Positions 10,603 through 19,318 of a DNA stretch of 64,000 bases are shown here, piece after piece. Positions within the stretch are counted from its first letter, which is position 1, and every line of letters starts with the position of its first letter. Below the pieces are notes generated by a model. The model saw only the letters and a list, made by a program, of their open reading frames with translations, had not been told where the DNA came from and did not search any database. Both the position numbers and the translations under genes were made by a program. Source of the stretch: Longimicrobiales bacterium (GTDB lineage: Bacteria; Gemmatimonadota; Gemmatimonadetes; Longimicrobiales; Gaopeijiaceae). The stretch covers positions 608,001 to 672,000 of the forward strand of contig OZ242008.1 of NCBI GenBank assembly GCA_965204735.1. The letters are read 5' to 3'.

Positions 10603-10692
10603 CGGCCGCCCGCGGGACCACGGGTCGCCGGCGGCCTTGATGCTCCGGACCCACTGCGTGGCGCGGCCGCCCGCGGGACCACGGGCCGCCGG
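10603..10692. repeat. Pair of 29-bp GC-rich imperfect palindromes (REP-like or terminator-like) between convergent genes
   Basis: cggccgcccgcgggaccacggg(t/c)cgccgg at 10603-10631 and 10664-10692; each copy can fold into a hairpin. Confidence 0.7.
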
Positions 10693-10693
10693 T

Positions 10694-12916
10694 TCAGCAG
10701 GAGAGGCAGCGGTGATTGTTCCGAGAGCCCAGCTTCTCCAGCAGGACGACCGTCGCCGGGAAGGGCTGCTGGCGCTGGATCGGACCGTTCGCCATGTCGG
10801 CGACCGTTTGGCCGGCGCGGCTCACGGCGCCAACCTCGGCGCCCCGCCCGACCAAGTACAGCACGAGTTCCAGGTCTCCCCGGGCGGCGGCGTGGTGGAG
10901 CGGCGTGTATCCGTTGGCGTCGCGGGCGTTCACGTCGGCGCCGCACTCCTCCACGAGGAAGCGGACCGCTGCCGTCCAGCCGTCCGGGACGTGACGATGG
11001 GCATTGCCGGCGAAGGACTGGCCGTAGCCAACGCCGGAGGCCGCGTGGATGGGGTGGATCGCGGGGCCGCCCACGGGCGCCGGCGGCAGGCCCGACGGGT
11101 CGGGCTCGGATTCTTCCGCGGCCTCTTCCTCGGCGGCGGCCCGCCGACGGCGGTGCTCCGGGGGCTTGGCGGTCGGCGTCGTCGGGTCGGCGCCGTGCTC
11201 CTTGAGGAGGCGCATCGCTTCCATGTCCAGCGCGTAGGCGGCTCGCCAGAACGGCGTCGCGCCCCCTAGGTCGATCCCGCTTCCCCGCAGCACGCCAAAG
11301 GTGTATTCCATGTACCACAAGTGGCGACGAAGGCGGACGTTCGGGTCGGCGCCCGCCTCCAGAAGCGCCTTGAGCACATCCATGTAGGTGGCGCGCTGCC
11401 GCTCGTGCTCGACCGGGTGGGAGTACGAAGCTCGGGGCGCCCAGCGCCGCTCGAGCACGGCGAAGAGCGGGACCGTGCCGGCGTCGCTGGCGGCGTTCGG
11501 GTCGGCGCCGCGCTCGATCAGCTCCAGAGCCAAGTCGAACTGGCCGTTGATCGCCGCCATCAGGAGAGGCGCGGTGGCGTCGCCCGCCGAGGGCTGGTCG
11601 ATCTCGGCGCCCTCGTCCAACAGGGCCGCGACCGTCTCGGCGTGGCCCTGCCGCACCGCGTGGAGCAGGGGAGTGAGCCCACCCCATGCGCCCACCAGCT
11701 GGGCGTAGGAGAGGGGGCGCGGTTCCCCGTCGTCGGCGCTGTCGGGCTCGGCGTGGAGGTCGGTTTCGGCGTCCTCGGGGGAGGAGGCGCTGTCGGCGGC
11801 CGATTCCGCGCTGTCGGCGGTGTCCGGTTTGTCGGCGGCGCCCACGCTGTCGGTGGCTTCCACCCTGTCGGCGGCCGATTCCGCGCTGTCGGTGGTTTCC
11901 ACGCTGTCGGCGGCCGATTCCGCGCTGTCGGTGGCTTCCACGCTGTCGGCGGCAGCTTCCGCGCTGTCGGTGGTGTCCGCGCTGTCGGCCCCGGCCGCCG
12001 CGGTCGAGTCCGCCTCGGCGCCGGTCGCCGCCGGCGCCTCGCCGCCCTCGCTGTCCTGGGCCCGCTGGTCGTCGTCTTCCGGCTTGGGCACGTCGGGCCA
12101 CTTGCGCTGAATCCGGCGCGCGGCCTCGATCGCGGCCTGGACTTGGCTGGGCGAAGGCTGCCAGTTCGGCCCGCCGCCCTCCTTCTCCTTGAAGGCCGCC
12201 AGGAACTCGGAGAGCCGCCGATTGGCGGCTCGGTCCGCCGCCGCCCTCTCCACCACGTCCACGGGGCGAGCCGCCAGCGACGGGTCCGCGCCCGCGGCCA
12301 GCAGAGCCCGAACCACAGCCGTTCGTCCGGCCGAAGCCGCGAAGATCAGCGGGGTTTGGCCCCAAGCCGACTCCAGGGCGTCCACTTCCGCGCCGGCGTC
12401 CAAGAGCGCCGCGACCGCCGCTGGTTCGCCCGACGCGGCGGCCAAGTGGAGCGGCGTCGCGCCCGAGTTGGTGGTGCGCGCGTCCGGGTCGGCGCCGGCT
12501 TCCACCAGCAGGGCGATCATCCCGGCGCGGCCGCCTCGGGCGGCCAAGTGGAGCGGCGTGTAGCGTCCGATGCGCGTGCCCGCGCTCGTCCTGGCGCCGG
12601 CGACGAGCAGCGTCGCGCCCATCTCCGCGTCGCCCCGCTGCGCCGCCCAGTGCAGCGCCGTCATGCCGTCGCCCATGGGAGCGTTCACGTCCGCGCCCTC
12701 TCGGAGCAGCAGGCGAACTTCCTCCAGGTCGCCCCGACGGGCTGCGTCGGCGACGGGGGCGTCGGGACCGCCAAGGGCGCCGGGCCGGGCGTCGGCCGGC
12801 ACGACCAGCAGCGCGGCCGCGAGCACGGCCGCGCCGGTCCGCCGCCGCCCGCCGCCGACTTCGGCACGCACAGCCTTCACGACGCGCACGGCCGCGCGCC
12901 AAGCTCCGGCACGCAC
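10694..12916 (-). CDS. Secreted ankyrin-repeat protein
   Basis: Multiple ankyrin motifs (GMTALHWAA, YTPLHLAA, GATPLHLAA, GQTPLIFAA, GYTPLHHAA). Only the C-terminal ~740 aa of the 2847-aa track ORF is plausible; the start is approximate, just after the DUF1552 stop. Confidence 0.85.
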   Translation of the reverse strand: MRAGAWRAAVRVVKAVRAEVGGGRRRTGAAVLAAALLVVPADARPGALGGPDAPVADAARRGDLEEVRLLLREGADVNAPMGDGMTALHWAAQRGDAEMGATLLVAGARTSAGTRIGRYTPLHLAARGGRAGMIALLVEAGADPDARTTNSGATPLHLAAASGEPAAVAALLDAGAEVDALESAWGQTPLIFAASAGRTAVVRALLAAGADPSLAARPVDVVERAAADRAANRRLSEFLAAFKEKEGGGPNWQPSPSQVQAAIEAARRIQRKWPDVPKPEDDDQRAQDSEGGEAPAATGAEADSTAAAGADSADTTDSAEAAADSVEATDSAESAADSVETTDSAESAADRVEATDSVGAADKPDTADSAESAADSASSPEDAETDLHAEPDSADDGEPRPLSYAQLVGAWGGLTPLLHAVRQGHAETVAALLDEGAEIDQPSAGDATAPLLMAAINGQFDLALELIERGADPNAASDAGTVPLFAVLERRWAPRASYSHPVEHERQRATYMDVLKALLEAGADPNVRLRRHLWYMEYTFGVLRGSGIDLGGATPFWRAAYALDMEAMRLLKEHGADPTTPTAKPPEHRRRRAAAEEEAAEESEPDPSGLPPAPVGGPAIHPIHAASGVGYGQSFAGNAHRHVPDGWTAAVRFLVEECGADVNARDANGYTPLHHAAARGDLELVLYLVGRGAEVGAVSRAGQTVADMANGPIQRQQPFPATVVLLEKLGSRNNHRCLSC
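11785..11990 (-). repeat. ~39-bp tandem repeats encoding an acidic DSAESAADSVETT linker in the ankyrin protein
   Basis: Repeated ccgcgctgtcggtggtttccacgctgtcggcggccgatt-like units, about 5 copies. Confidence 0.8.
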
Positions 12917-12921
12917 CGCCT

Positions 12922-14310
12922 TCAGCTCTCCAGCGAGAACTCGCCCGTGCTGTCGCCGAACCGGTCCAGGTCGTCGTGGCCCAGCTTGTGCAGCAGCGTC
13001 GTGAAGACGTTGGCCATCGGCGTGCCGTCGGGCGCCTTGAGGTGAAGGTTTCCTTCCAGCCGACCGTTGGCGCCGCCCAACAAGACCAGCGGGCAGCGAC
13101 GGTGGTTGTGCAGGTTGGCGTCGCCCATGGGCGAGCCCCACAGGATCATCGACTGATCCAGCAGGCTGGAACCGCCGTCGTCGGTCTCCGCCAGCCGCTT
13201 CAGGAAGTAGGCGAGCTGGCCCGTCCGATACCGGCAGATCCGGTTGAACTCCATGATCGCCTCTTCGCGGCCGCCGTGATGCGAGGCAGGGTGAAACGCC
13301 TTGTCGGAACCGCTCTCCGGGAAGGTGCGGTTGGAGGCGTCGCGGCCCGTCTTGAACGACGTGATCCGGGTCGTGTCGGTCTGGAACGCGAGCACTTGCA
13401 GGTCGAACATCAAGCGCATGTGCTCCGAGAACGAGTCGGGCACCCCAGGGGGCGCTTCGGGCAGCTCCCGAGGCTCGCCGTCCGTGTTGCGCCTCTCGAC
13501 GCGCTCGATCCGCCGCTCGAGCTCGCGAACGCTCTCCAGGTATCGGTCCACCCTGCGACGGTCCTCGGGGCCCAGCTCCCGCTTCATCGCCGCGACTTCG
13601 CCGGCCACCCAGTCCAGAATGCTCTTGTGCAGCCGCCGTCGCGCCGCCCGCTCGTCCGGCGTTCCGCCTGCCCCGAAGAGCATGTCGAACGCAGTGCGAG
13701 GGCTGCGGATCATCGGCAGGGGGTCGGTGGGAGACGCCCAGCTGATGGAGTCGGTGTAGGAGCACGAGTAGTTGTAGTCGCAACCGCCTCCCTTGTCGGT
13801 GCTTTCGATGCACAGCTGGAGCGACGGCAGCACGGTGTCCTGTCCGAACCGGCGGGCGTGCAGCTGATCCAGGGAAGTGCCGCAGAAGATGTCCGACCCC
13901 TGGGTCTGCTTCGGGTGCGACTGGGTGAGGAAGACGGCGCTGGACCGAAAGTGGTCGCCGCCGACTTCCTGGGGCTCGAACGCCTCCGCCATCCGCGCGT
14001 CGGTGTTGCTGACGATCGTCATGTGCTTCCGCCACGGCTCCAGCGCCTTCAGGACGTTGTCGTCGGCGAGCCGGAACTCCGTGCCCGCGGTCGCCGGCGC
14101 GAAGAGGTGCTGCGTCGCGCCCCATTCGTTGCACCCGGGCACGCCGTGGACCTCCTCGATGCACACCAGACGGATGGGCCGCTTGGCGGCGGTCCCGCCC
14201 CGGAGGCGTCCGGCCGGCAGCATCGCGTCCAGGAAGGGAAGCGCGACGGCGGCGCCGGTTCCCCGAAGGAAGGTCCGGCGCGGCACGGATTTCCCGGTCA
14301 GAACGTGCAT
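12922..14310 (-). CDS. DUF1552 domain protein (Tat-like signal)
   Basis: Twin-arginine N-terminus RRTFLRGTGAAVALPFLDAM; SLDQLHARRFGQDT, SISW and LLDQSMILWGS motifs typical of DUF1552. Confidence 0.88.
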   Translation of the reverse strand: MHVLTGKSVPRRTFLRGTGAAVALPFLDAMLPAGRLRGGTAAKRPIRLVCIEEVHGVPGCNEWGATQHLFAPATAGTEFRLADDNVLKALEPWRKHMTIVSNTDARMAEAFEPQEVGGDHFRSSAVFLTQSHPKQTQGSDIFCGTSLDQLHARRFGQDTVLPSLQLCIESTDKGGGCDYNYSCSYTDSISWASPTDPLPMIRSPRTAFDMLFGAGGTPDERAARRRLHKSILDWVAGEVAAMKRELGPEDRRRVDRYLESVRELERRIERVERRNTDGEPRELPEAPPGVPDSFSEHMRLMFDLQVLAFQTDTTRITSFKTGRDASNRTFPESGSDKAFHPASHHGGREEAIMEFNRICRYRTGQLAYFLKRLAETDDGGSSLLDQSMILWGSPMGDANLHNHRRCPLVLLGGANGRLEGNLHLKAPDGTPMANVFTTLLHKLGHDDLDRFGDSTGEFSLES

Positions 14311-14343
14311 GGTCGTTTCCCGGCTGGTCGTTTCCCGATCGTC

Positions 14344-17300
14344 CTACTTGAAACCGATCCGTCCCTGAAGAGTCATGCGGCGCTCCGGCTGCCGGCCGCC
14401 GGCGACGACCTGCTCGCCGAACAGGTCCACCTCCAGCCGCAGGCCCCGCAAGCCGCCGTGCCCCCCGGTCGCCCCGGCTGCGAAACCCGTGTTGAGGACG
14501 CCGCCGTCGGAGAGCGCTCCGTGGCGGCGACCGGAGCGCTCGCCAAGGATCGTCCAGCGTGTTCCCACGTTGAGCCGGTGACCGTCGGCGCCCTCCCGGC
14601 TCCATCGACCGAACGGAACGACCTGCCCGCCGCCCGGGAGCAGCACGCCCCATCCCAGCTCCATGGCGACCCGGCCCGGAACCCAGCCCAAGTCGTCGGC
14701 TGCAAGACCGCCGGCTGCCGACTCGGAGGAGCCTGCGAAGGCGGCGGCGCCGCCCTGCCAGAGCGTTCCCGCGCCGCTCGTCGTGTTCCCCCAGGTGGGC
14801 GCCACCATGACGGAGAGCCCGCCCTGGTCGCCGCCGGGCTGAAGCCGCAAGGCGAGGCCGGCGCCCCAGTCCCGGTAGCCCTCGGCTTGGTGCGCCAGCA
14901 GCGTCCGGCCCCGCACGTCCACCGCGAAGCCCGTGGAGTGGTGGGCGAGACCGAACTCGGCCCCCGCCTCGGCGCCCGCGCCCGTCTGGGCGTCGCCGCC
15001 GTCGAACCGCGCCCCGGCCTCGACCCTGGCGCGCATCGACACACCTTCGCCCACCGACCAGCTCCGGCTCAGCTCCGGGGCCAACCGCAGCCGCCGAGCG
15101 CTGGTGGTCACGCCGGCCAAGTCGGCCGCCCGATCGGAAGTGATGCGCACCGCAAACGCGTCCGCCTTCAGCGCAAAGCCGCCGTGCACTTCCTGGCGCA
15201 CGCCCAGTGCCGCCATCCGCATGGCCAAGTCCGTGCCGAACCGGCCCCCGGCGCTCTCCTCGATCTCGGCGTCGCCCCGGCCCGCGCCCGCCAGCCCCCA
15301 CAACCCCAGCCCCCGCCGGGGCGACCAGTGGACGTACGGGTACGCGCTGGTCAGGCGAGCGTCCACCGAGCCCGCGCCGTTGATCCGGCTCTCGAAGTCG
15401 GATGCCGTCGTGTTGCGGGCGCCGGCCACTCCGACGAGCAGCCCGGAGGCGAACCGGTAGTCGATCCCCAAATGGGCCGAGCGGGTGGCGCCGTCCAGGG
15501 TGAAGCCGTCCTGATGCCGGCCCTCGAAGCCGCCGGCGCCGGCCCGGCCCCACACGGTCCAGCCGGAACCGAGCCCCGGCCCCGCGTCCTGACCGCCGCT
15601 GTTCCCGCCGCCGAACTCCAGCTGGAAGGAGCTCTCGGAGCCGATGCGCTCCCACGAGACGGGATCGAACGAAACGGACGGTCCCTCGTCGCCGCTCGGC
15701 GACAGCGCTCCGGCAACCAGGGCGCCCATGCCGTAGCCGCCGGCCGCCGGCCATGCGCCCGCTTGCGCCGCCGGGTGCGACAGCCGCGCGCCCAGCAGCC
15801 TCGACGCGCTTCCGGCCAGCGCCGCCAAGCCGCACCCCTCGCCCCTCGCGCCGGCCCACGGGACGCAGCCGACGGCCCTGCCGCCCAGCTGCACGTGGGA
15901 GCGTCCCAGCGCGCCCGACGACTCCATCCCCAGCCGTCCCCCGACCGCCTCCACCGCCTCGGCGCCCACCGAGCGCCCGAACGCGGCCAGCGCCAGCTTC
16001 AGCGCCCTCGCCCGCTCCGAACTCGACGCCTCCACCGAGACCGCGACCTGCTGGACGGCGGACAGCCCGCCGGCGTCCGCGGCCGTCACCGTCACGGTGG
16101 CCGAGCCGATCGCCTGCGGCCGAACCGACAACCGACCGTCGCTCGTCACGCTCGCCATCGCCACCCCGGCCGACGACGACTCGGCGACGTAGGTCAGCGG
16201 ATCGCCGTCCGGGTCCCGGAAGTACTGGCCCAGCTCCTCTTCCTGCCCGGCCCCGAAGGCCTCGAGCGTCATCGGCGCCATCGCGCCCACGGCCTCCGGC
16301 CCCTCGTTCACGTTCAGCACGGTCACCGCAACGACCGCCTCGGCGCCGAGCCCGCCGCCGTCCGTTGCGCGCACCACGAGCGTGCGGGACGGCGGGCCGT
16401 CCTCGTAGTCCTCGCCGGCGCCCACGTACCGCACCCGGCCCGTGCCCGAATCGACCTCGAACCGCGCGCCGTCGCCCGACGCCAAGCTGTACGCCAGCAC
16501 GTCGCCGGCGTCCACGTCCGACGCCTCGACCTGCCCCAGGGCCAGGGGTCCTGCCGCGTTCTCCGACATCTCGAAGGCGTAGGTCGAGTCCGCGAACACG
16601 GGCGCCTCGTTCACGTTCAGCACGCGCACGGTCACCGACGCCCGGTCCGTCAAGCCGTCCCTGTCCCGAACCACGGCGCCGAACTCGTAGGCGTCCGGAC
16701 CCGCTTCCGCGTCCTCGCCTCCGCCGACGTAGCGCACCGCGCCGCTCGCCGCGTCCACCTCGAAACGGGCCGCGTCCTCGCCGGTCAAGGCGTAGGACAG
16801 CGTGTCGGACCGATCGGAGTCCACCGCCTCCACGACGCCCAGCTCCTGCGGGCCCGGCGCGTTCTCGGCCACCTCGAACTCCCAGCTCGCTTCCCGGAAA
16901 GCCGGCGCCTCGTTCAAGTCCACCACGGCCACCGTCACCCGCGCCGTCGCCCGGAGACCTCCTTGGTCCGTGGCAGTCACCAAGAGCACGTGGCTCTCCG
17001 GGCCCGTCTCGGCGTCCTCGCCCTTGCCCACGTACCGCACGACGCCGCTTCCCGCGTCCACCAGGAACCGGGCGCCGTCGCCTTCGGCGAGAGCGTAGGT
17101 CGGCGGGTCGCCCCGGTCCGGGTCCGTCGCCCCGACCGACCCCAGCGCCAGCGGCCCCGCCACGTTCTCCGCGATCTCGAAGGCGTAGGTCGAGTCCGCG
17201 AACGCAGGCGCCTCGTTCACGTCGGCGACCGCCACGACCACCTGCGTCGTCGCGCTCAGCCCGGCAAGGTCCGTCGCCGACACCTCGAACGTCCACGGCC

Positions 17301-19188
17301 CGGCGTCCGCCTCGTAGTCCTCGCCGGCGCCCACGTACCTCACTTCGCCGGTGCCAGCGTCCACCTCGAACCGAGCGGCCGCGGCCGGGTCGATCCCGTT
17401 CTGCGCCACCTGGTAGGCGAGCGAGTCTCCTTCGTCCAGGTCCACCCCCTCCACCGCCCCCAGCGTCAGCGGCCCGGCGACGTTCTCCGCCACCTCGAAG
17501 GCGTAGCGCTCCGCAGCGAACGCCGGCCGCTCGTTCACGTTCAGCACCCGCACGGTCACGCGGGCCTCCACCGTGTCGCCACCCTCCGAAGCGCGCGCGA
17601 CCATCACGTACCGCGACCGCAGCTCGGCGTCCTCGCCCTCGCCCACATAGCTCACCTCGCCGCTCGAGGCGCCGACCTCGAACAACCCCTCGGCGCCCTC
17701 GGTCAGCACGTACTGCACCGGTCCTCCGCCGGGGCGGCCGGCGCTGATGCGGCCGAGCGCCAACGGTCCTGCCGTGTTCTCCACCAGGTCGAACTCGTAC
17801 TCCGAAGCGCCGAACCCCAGTTCGCCGTCCTCGCCTTCCTCTTCCTCCTCCTCTTCTTCTTCTTCCTCTTCTTCCTCCGGCGGCTGTTCGACGAGGGAGC
17901 CGTCGACCGCGTGGCCGGTCACGTTCGACAGGGCATGGCTCCCCAGGTCCAGGTCGGCGGCAGGCTCCACCTGCGGCTGTTCCCCCGGGGGCACGGAGCT
18001 GGCCAACCTGATCGTCCCGCCGTTCAGGTTCACCGAGTCCGCGGAGCTGATCCCGTCCGAGTCCATGTCCGTCGGCTGCACGGCGTATTCGAAGACCAAG
18101 ACGGCGGCGCCGGAACCCGACACGTAGTTCGCCAGCCGCGCCACGCTCCCGATCTGCAGCTCCAGCTGGGGCGTGCCGGTCACGACGACCAGCAGGTTGA
18201 AGCTGACGTGCACTCTGATCCGAGCGCCCTGCCCGTACACGCCGCCGCTGTCCGGGTTGCTGGCGACCGACACGCCGCTCACGACCGGCGTAGTCCGATG
18301 GGAGCCGTCCACTCTGTGGGAGGAGTTGTTGGAGATCGCGGCGGTGCCCAGGCCGAGGGTGGCGGCCGTGCCGCCGACGCGCGCGTCGTTGATCGTGCCG
18401 CCGTTGAGCGTCAGCGCGGCCGCGGCGACGCTGATCCCGTTGTTGTCGATGTCTGCCGCCTGGACTCTGTAGCGGAAGGTCAGCGTCTTGGTGCCGGCGC
18501 CGCCGACGTAGTTGGCTTGCCGGGTCGCCGCCCCGATCGTGAGCGCCAGCTGGGGCGTCCCCGTCACCGCCACGGCCCGACCGAAGCTCACCTGCACCTC
18601 GATCTGCTCCACCTGCCCGTAGGTCGTGCTGGTGAGCGGCGTGCTGGTGATCGACGCCCCGGTGACCGTCACCGCGCTGAAGGCGCTGCCGCTCACCTTG
18701 TGGCCCGTGCTGTTGGAGACCGCCGCGCTCCCCAGTCCCAGCGTGGCTGCGCCCCCGGCGCCGGAGATCGATCCGCCGTTGAGGGTCAGCGCGCTGGCGC
18801 CGATGCTGATCCCGTCGGAGTCCGCGTCCGAAGACTGCACGACGTACCGGAAGACCAGTCCGTTGCCGACGGTGCGCCGATACGCGGCCTGCCGCGTCGT
18901 GCTTCCGATCGTCAGCGCCAGCTGCGGCGAGCCCGTCACTGCGACGGTCGCGCTGAAGGTGACGGTGACGAAGATCCCTTCGCCCCGCTCGAAGGTGTCG
19001 CCGATGTCGGGCGAGCCGATCGAGACGCTGGACACGGTGGCGGCGGTCTGCGACCGCAACTCTCCTGCCGGCGCGCCGGCCCCGACGAGCGTCGAGACGA
19101 GAAGGGCGGCCAGCCACCGTGCGTCGGGCTGGGTTCTGCGAGCAGCGTGGGCTCTGCGAGCAGCGTGGGGAGCGCGAAGAGTGGTCAT
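14344..19188 (-). CDS. Autotransporter with three N-terminal beta-rich repeats, a poly-Glu linker and about five cadherin repeats
   Basis: Signal peptide; cadherin Ca-binding motifs (VLNVNERPAF, DVNEAPAF, AFEVAEN, ATDPD); C-terminal barrel ending GRIGFK; ATG at 19188. Confidence 0.88.
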   Translation of the reverse strand: MTTLRAPHAARRAHAARRTQPDARWLAALLVSTLVGAGAPAGELRSQTAATVSSVSIGSPDIGDTFERGEGIFVTVTFSATVAVTGSPQLALTIGSTTRQAAYRRTVGNGLVFRYVVQSSDADSDGISIGASALTLNGGSISGAGGAATLGLGSAAVSNSTGHKVSGSAFSAVTVTGASITSTPLTSTTYGQVEQIEVQVSFGRAVAVTGTPQLALTIGAATRQANYVGGAGTKTLTFRYRVQAADIDNNGISVAAAALTLNGGTINDARVGGTAATLGLGTAAISNNSSHRVDGSHRTTPVVSGVSVASNPDSGGVYGQGARIRVHVSFNLLVVVTGTPQLELQIGSVARLANYVSGSGAAVLVFEYAVQPTDMDSDGISSADSVNLNGGTIRLASSVPPGEQPQVEPAADLDLGSHALSNVTGHAVDGSLVEQPPEEEEEEEEEEEEEEGEDGELGFGASEYEFDLVENTAGPLALGRISAGRPGGGPVQYVLTEGAEGLFEVGASSGEVSYVGEGEDAELRSRYVMVARASEGGDTVEARVTVRVLNVNERPAFAAERYAFEVAENVAGPLTLGAVEGVDLDEGDSLAYQVAQNGIDPAAAARFEVDAGTGEVRYVGAGEDYEADAGPWTFEVSATDLAGLSATTQVVVAVADVNEAPAFADSTYAFEIAENVAGPLALGSVGATDPDRGDPPTYALAEGDGARFLVDAGSGVVRYVGKGEDAETGPESHVLLVTATDQGGLRATARVTVAVVDLNEAPAFREASWEFEVAENAPGPQELGVVEAVDSDRSDTLSYALTGEDAARFEVDAASGAVRYVGGGEDAEAGPDAYEFGAVVRDRDGLTDRASVTVRVLNVNEAPVFADSTYAFEMSENAAGPLALGQVEASDVDAGDVLAYSLASGDGARFEVDSGTGRVRYVGAGEDYEDGPPSRTLVVRATDGGGLGAEAVVAVTVLNVNEGPEAVGAMAPMTLEAFGAGQEEELGQYFRDPDGDPLTYVAESSSAGVAMASVTSDGRLSVRPQAIGSATVTVTAADAGGLSAVQQVAVSVEASSSERARALKLALAAFGRSVGAEAVEAVGGRLGMESSGALGRSHVQLGGRAVGCVPWAGARGEGCGLAALAGSASRLLGARLSHPAAQAGAWPAAGGYGMGALVAGALSPSGDEGPSVSFDPVSWERIGSESSFQLEFGGGNSGGQDAGPGLGSGWTVWGRAGAGGFEGRHQDGFTLDGATRSAHLGIDYRFASGLLVGVAGARNTTASDFESRINGAGSVDARLTSAYPYVHWSPRRGLGLWGLAGAGRGDAEIEESAGGRFGTDLAMRMAALGVRQEVHGGFALKADAFAVRITSDRAADLAGVTTSARRLRLAPELSRSWSVGEGVSMRARVEAGARFDGGDAQTGAGAEAGAEFGLAHHSTGFAVDVRGRTLLAHQAEGYRDWGAGLALRLQPGGDQGGLSVMVAPTWGNTTSGAGTLWQGGAAAFAGSSESAAGGLAADDLGWVPGRVAMELGWGVLLPGGGQVVPFGRWSREGADGHRLNVGTRWTILGERSGRRHGALSDGGVLNTGFAAGATGGHGGLRGLRLEVDLFGEQVVAGGRQPERRMTLQGRIGFK

Positions 19189-19318
19189 GCGGGGCCTGCA
19201 CCTGCATAGGGGTCGGCGGAAGGGAAGAACAGCACAAGAGGGCAGAACAGCATCAAGCATTATAGTACCATGGTATCGAGGGGACGGGGACCGGCGCCGT
19301 GCATCCCAGCCGAGCCCG

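Noticed and set aside
8133..10692. CRISPR array call for the 29/32-bp repeat pairs
   Set aside because: Only two copies each, the two pairs have unrelated sequences, and there is no leader or cas gene in the window.
10694..19237. 2847-aa minus-strand ORF as one giant protein
   Set aside because: Only the last ~740 aa (ankyrin) are protein-like; the rest is an Arg/Gly-rich off-frame shadow of the DUF1552 and autotransporter genes.
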